Source: Candidatus Eiseniibacteriota bacterium
Lineage (GTDB): Bacteria; Eisenbacteria; RBG-16-71-46
DNA length: 64,000 bases
Assembly (NCBI GenBank): GCA_963776245.1
Contig: CAVZLN010000007.1
Coordinates: 64,001 to 128,000, forward strand
Direction: 5' to 3'
Positions within the stretch are counted from its first letter, which is position 1, and the number at the start of each line of letters is the position of its first letter. The notes under the pieces are model-generated. The model did not search any database, was not told the DNA's origin, and was given only the letters and a program-made list of their open reading frames with translations. The position numbers and the translations under genes were made by a program. Of this stretch, positions 59,790-64,000 are shown in pieces.

Positions 59790-62015
59790 TCAAGGTTGCG
59801 GGCCGCGGTTCGCGGGCGTGTGACGGCGCAACGAGTCCGCCAGGGCCCGCAGCGCAGACGGGTCGCGCGCTCCCGGCGCGACCTCGAGCAGCCGGAGCGC
59901 GCCGGAGACGTCCCCGAGTCGCACGTGCGCGTGGGCCGCGATCACGCGCGCCTCGTCGTCATCGGGGCGGCTGGCGAGCAGGTGTTCGAGCGCCGCGATC
60001 GCCCCCGCGGCGTCGCCCGCCCGGAAGCACGCCAGCCCGAGCGCGTGGGCGTACCTCGCGTTGGTGGGATCGAGCCGCACCGCCGCCGTCAGCCGCTCGC
60101 GCGCCTCGGCGTAGCGGCCCTGGAGCAGGCGCGCGTGGCCGAGATTCGCCTCCGTCCAGGCCGAGCGGCCCCCGAGCGCCACCGCGCGCTGGCAGGCGTT
60201 CGCCGCGCCTTCGTAGTCTCCGAGCGCGGTGAGCGCCACCGTCTGCATGCGCGCGATCACGGCGTCCTGCGGCGCGAGACGCTCCGCCGCAGTGAGCTGG
60301 TCGAGGGCCTCGCGGGGACGCCCCCGGTCGAGCAGGTAGCCCGCCAGATAGGTGCGCGGCCACATCGCGTCCGGGCGGTTCCGGATCGATCGCCCGATCA
60401 CCACGAGCACCGAGTCGGTGAACGCCCGCTCGTCGGTCGCCTCATCGGTGAACCGGTAGAGCGTGTACGAGTGGCGCGGTCCGCCGTTGTGATACTCCAG
60501 TTGCAGCAGGCCGGGCAGGTTCACGCCGGGCTCGGCGAGCACCGAGAACTGAAGCCTCATCCCCGCCTCGATCCGCGAGAAGAACAGCACCTGCGCTCCC
60601 GCCTCGCGACCCGCCCGGATGAGCTCCTCGAACGAGTCCACGTCGGGCAGCGCCACGTGACGCATGTGTGCGAAGTAGGCCGTGTGCGGCTTGCGCGCCA
60701 TGAGCGCGGCGCCCTCGAGTCCGTGGGAGCGCAGCTCGGCGGCGGCGAGACGCACCTCGTCCGGCGGATCGGCGAGCAGCCGCCGGACATCCACGACCGT
60801 CGACACCGCGGAGACCGCGAGCAGCGCCACCGTCACCCCGGCCCGGGCGCGTGGCACCCAGCGGCTCCCCGCGCGCGTCGCGGCCGTGAACGGCAGCCGG
60901 TCGAGGGTCAGCAGGCCCGCCACCCCGGCGAGGTAGAACGGCAACAGGTAGAGGGAGAAGCGCGGGGAGTAGAACACGAGAGCGAGGACGAGGTAGGCGA
61001 GCCCGAAGTGAAGCACCATGCCTCGCCACCCGGGCCTTCGCCACGCCAGCAGCATCCCGGGCACCGCGAGCGCGCCGAGGACCGGCGGCATGAGCTCACG
61101 GGAGTCCCGCCACCATCGCAGGGCGAGGTTGCCCACAAGATGGGTGAGCGTCTCGCGGGGACGGTCGAGGAGCACGTCGCCGAGCGAGTGATACCGCGCC
61201 CCCACCTGACTCCAGAACGTGTCCCATGGCAGGCCGTTCCCGACCAGCTCGTACGCGACGTTCATGTAGTTCAGCCGGCCGAACGGGTCGCCGTGCATCG
61301 CACGGCAGGCGATCAGCCAGGCGCCGAGCGGCACGGCGGCACCGCCCGCGTAGGCGGCGAGGTCGGGCCAGCGGGCGCGGCGCGCGAGCAGCACGATCGC
61401 GGCCGCGGCGAGCAGCGTCACGCTGTCATAGCGACAGGTGACCGCGAGCCCGGCGAGTGCGCCCGCCAGCGCGAGCCGGGGTCCGCGGCCCCGCAGCAGC
61501 AGCGCGGTGGCCCCGATCGCGAGCGCGAAGCAGGGCAGATCGGTTCCGGCCTCGAGGGTGGCGCGGACGAACACCGGATTGACGAGCAGCGCGAGCAGGG
61601 CGATGAGCCCGGCCATCGGCCCGAGGAACCCCGCGACCAGCGCCCAGACCGCCGCCGCTCCCCCGGCCGCCGCGGCCACCTCGAGCAGCCGCGCCGCCAG
61701 CCAGTAGTCCCCGCCCACCAGCGGCGCGGCGCCCGCCAGAAGCAACGGATAGCCGAATCCGTGGAACTGGTAGTGCACGGCCTGCATCGAGCCCGCCGCG
61801 ATGTCGCGGGCCGCCGGGATGTACTCCCCGAGCAGGTCGGTCTCGACCCCGTAGAGCGGTGTCGCGTGCCACGCGAGCGAGATCCACACCAGCGCGACCA
61901 CAAACAGCGATCCCGCAGCGAGAGCGAGCCGCTGAGGTCCAGGCCGCACGGCTGGCGGCGCCGGGGCGACCGCGGGCGCGGTGGGGATCGCTCGGGTTCT
62001 GCGGGCTCGGGCCAC
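59790..62015 (-). CDS. polytopic GT-C (ArnT/PMT-like) glycosyltransferase with C-terminal TPR repeats
   Basis: Acidic ETD after TM1, GYPLLL, about 10 TM segments, RFSLYLLPF, four or more TPR-like repeats at the C-terminus. Confidence 0.7.
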   Translation of the reverse strand: MARARRTRAIPTAPAVAPAPPAVRPGPQRLALAAGSLFVVALVWISLAWHATPLYGVETDLLGEYIPAARDIAAGSMQAVHYQFHGFGYPLLLAGAAPLVGGDYWLAARLLEVAAAAGGAAAVWALVAGFLGPMAGLIALLALLVNPVFVRATLEAGTDLPCFALAIGATALLLRGRGPRLALAGALAGLAVTCRYDSVTLLAAAAIVLLARRARWPDLAAYAGGAAVPLGAWLIACRAMHGDPFGRLNYMNVAYELVGNGLPWDTFWSQVGARYHSLGDVLLDRPRETLTHLVGNLALRWWRDSRELMPPVLGALAVPGMLLAWRRPGWRGMVLHFGLAYLVLALVFYSPRFSLYLLPFYLAGVAGLLTLDRLPFTAATRAGSRWVPRARAGVTVALLAVSAVSTVVDVRRLLADPPDEVRLAAAELRSHGLEGAALMARKPHTAYFAHMRHVALPDVDSFEELIRAGREAGAQVLFFSRIEAGMRLQFSVLAEPGVNLPGLLQLEYHNGGPRHSYTLYRFTDEATDERAFTDSVLVVIGRSIRNRPDAMWPRTYLAGYLLDRGRPREALDQLTAAERLAPQDAVIARMQTVALTALGDYEGAANACQRAVALGGRSAWTEANLGHARLLQGRYAEARERLTAAVRLDPTNARYAHALGLACFRAGDAAGAIAALEHLLASRPDDDEARVIAAHAHVRLGDVSGALRLLEVAPGARDPSALRALADSLRRHTPANRGPQP

Positions 62016-62125
62016 GGAGTCTCCACCAGGCTACAGCGTCGCCGGCCGGCCGCCTCGGACGAGGCGCCAGGTGCCCGATCTCCGTCCAACGACCGCGCTC
62101 TTCGACCGCGTCACTCGCAGCGGGG

Positions 62126-63143
62126 CTAGACGCTCCGTCCCAGCACCTCGGCGATGGTGCGGATCTGCCGCACCAGTTCCTCGTATTGCTCGGGGTAGAG
62201 CGACTGCGCGCCGTCCGACAGGGCGTGGTCGGGATCGTGGTGGACCTCGATGATGAGGCCGTCGGCGCCCGCGGCGATCGAGGCGCGCGCCATCGGCGCC
62301 ACCTTGTCGCGGATGCCGGTGCCGTGCGAGGGGTCCACGATCACCGGCAGGTGCGAGAGCTCCTTCACCACCGGGATGGCGTTCAGGTCGAGCGTGTTGC
62401 GGGTGTAGGTCTCGAAGGTGCGGATGCCGCGCTCGCACAGGATGACCTGGGTGTTGCCCTGCGACATGACGTGCTCGGCGCTCATCAGCCACTCCTCGAT
62501 GGTGCGAGGCGAGCCCGCGCTTGAGCAGCACCGGCTTCGCGAGGTGCCCGACCTCGCGCAGCAGCGAGTAGTTCTGCATGTTGCGCGCGCCGATCTGGAG
62601 GATGTCGGCGTAGCGCGCCAGCAGCGCGACCTGCGCGGTGTCCATCACCTCGCTCACCACCGCGAGCCCGTGGGCGTCGGCGGCGCGGCGCAGGATCTTG
62701 AGCCCCTCCTCGCCCAGGCCCTGGAACGCGTAGGGCGAGGTGCGCGGCTTGAACGCGCCGCCGCGCAGGATCGGTGCGCGCCCGCCTTCGCGACCGCGGC
62801 GGCGATGGTGAACGCCTGCTCCTCGCCCTCCACCGAGCACGGCCCGGCCATCAGAGCGAGCTGCGCGCTGCCGATGGCGCACCGGCCCACCGAGATGATG
62901 GTGTCGTGCGGGCGGAACGCGCGCGAAACGAGCTTGAAGGGGGCCTTGATCTTCTCGGCCGACTCCACGCCCGGCCCAGCCCCGCACCTGGGCCCAGTCG
63001 ATCCCCGCCAGATCGCCGACCGCCGCGAGGCGCACCCGCCCGTCGTGATCGGTGCGGTGGACCGCGAGCCCGGCCATGCGCAGGTGCGAGGCCACCTCGC
63101 CGGCGACGGCCTCACTCGCACCCGGCTGGAGGATGACGAGCAT
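62126..63143 (-). CDS. aroF: 3-deoxy-7-phosphoheptulonate (DAHP) synthase, type I-beta with N-terminal regulatory domain (frameshifts near 62980, 62780 and 62510)
   Basis: [61 protein letters not shown]. Confidence 0.9.
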
Positions 63144-63153
63144 CGCATGGCCC

Positions 63154-64000
63154 CTACTTCTCGCGTCCGCGCACGGCGCGCTGGGCGAGCCAGGCATCCG
63201 CGAGCGTGAGGGCGAGCATGGCCTCGGCCACCGGCACCACGCGCGGGCAGATGCACGGGTCGTGGCGGCCCCGGATCTCGATGGTCGTCGTGCCGCCCGC
63301 GCGGGTGGCCGCGGTCTGCGGCCGGCCGATCGAGGTCGCGGGCCGCACCGCGACGCGCACCACGACCTCGGCGCCGTTCGAGATGCCGCCCGCGACGCCG
63401 CCCGCGAAGTTGGTGAGGTGGCGCGATCCGTCGAACACGTCGTTGGTCTGCGAGCCGTGGAGCGCGCACATGCCGAAGCCGCCGCCGATCTCCACTCCCT
63501 TGGTGGCGGGGATCGAGAGCATCGCCGCGCCGAGCGCGGCGTCGAGCTTGTCCATGGTCGGATCGCCCCAGCCAGCCGGCACGCCGCGCGCCACCACTTC
63601 GACCACGCCCCCCACCGAGTCGCGCGCGTCGCGGGCGCGGGTGATGACCTCGGCCATCGCGGCGGCGGCCGCGGCATCCGGGCAGCGCACCGGGTTCTTC
63701 TCGACCTCGTCCCAGTCCCGGCGCTCGGTGCGCACCTCGCCGACCTGGACGGTGCCCCCCACGATCGTCACTCCCACCCCGGCGAGCGCGAGCCGCGCGA
63801 GCGCGCCGGCCGCCACCCGGCCCACGGTCTCGCGGCCCGAGGATCGACCCCCGCCGCGGTGATCGCGCACCCCGTACTTCTCGAGGTAGACGCGGTCGGC
63901 GTGGCCGGGGCGGAAGACCTCCTTGAGCGCCTCATAGTCCGACGAGCGGGGGTCGGCGTTGCGCACCATCATCGCGATCGGGGTGCCGAGGCTCACGCCC
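63154..64000 (-). CDS. aroC: chorismate synthase, 5'-truncated at window edge
   Basis: [48 protein letters not shown]. Confidence 0.96.
   Translation of the reverse strand, partial: GVSLGTPIAMMVRNADPRSSDYEALKEVFRPGHADRVYLEKYGVRDHRGGGRSSGRETVGRVAAGALARLALAGVGVTIVGGTVQVGEVRTERRDWDEVEKNPVRCPDAAAAAAMAEVITRARDARDSVGGVVEVVARGVPAGWGDPTMDKLDAALGAAMLSIPATKGVEIGGGFGMCALHGSQTNDVFDGSRHLTNFAGGVAGGISNGAEVVVRVAVRPATSIGRPQTAATRAGGTTTIEIRGRHDPCICPRVVPVAEAMLALTLADAWLAQRAVRGREK

Overview
High-GC, diderm bacterial chromosome segment made almost entirely of core genes. The lineage cannot be fixed from sequence alone; an FCB-group candidate phylum such as Eisenbacteria is only a guess. Left arm (1-20 kb, mostly + strand): dapF-dapA-dapB, a gluzincin/PD40/Omp85 fusion, rpsT, a translationally coupled uvrC-xerD-OMP-betaCASP nuclease-SNF2-Zn-ribbon run, a TPR protein, GH57, an aldehyde dehydrogenase and DinB. 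A 28-bp XerC/XerD dif-like site lies at 20222-20249, where gene orientation flips, so the window probably spans the replication terminus. Right arm (20-64 kb, almost all - strand): aroC-aroF, GT-C/TPR, tRNA-Val, thrS, infC-rpmI-rplT-pheST-zapB-zapA-6S RNA-rny-ymdB::folD fusion-xseAB-ispA-DUF212-dxs-nadK-recN, trpEGDCFB (no trpA), tRNA-Arg, a UbiE/MenG-like methyltransferase, a GGDEF gene with a sigma54 site, a wlbABC-like sugar trio, a histidine kinase with an NtrC-type regulator, and lptE-holA-leuS. Many genes at 34.8-37.4, 48.4-52.5, 58.4-59.1 and 62.5-63.0 kb are frameshifted, including essential ones, which most likely reflects long-read indel errors. No CRISPR array, IS or prophage was seen. 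Best leads: the betaCASP/Tudor-SNF2/Zn-ribbon module, the dif site, the YmdB-FolD fusion and a tRNA-Thr anticodon-like hairpin in the thrS leader.
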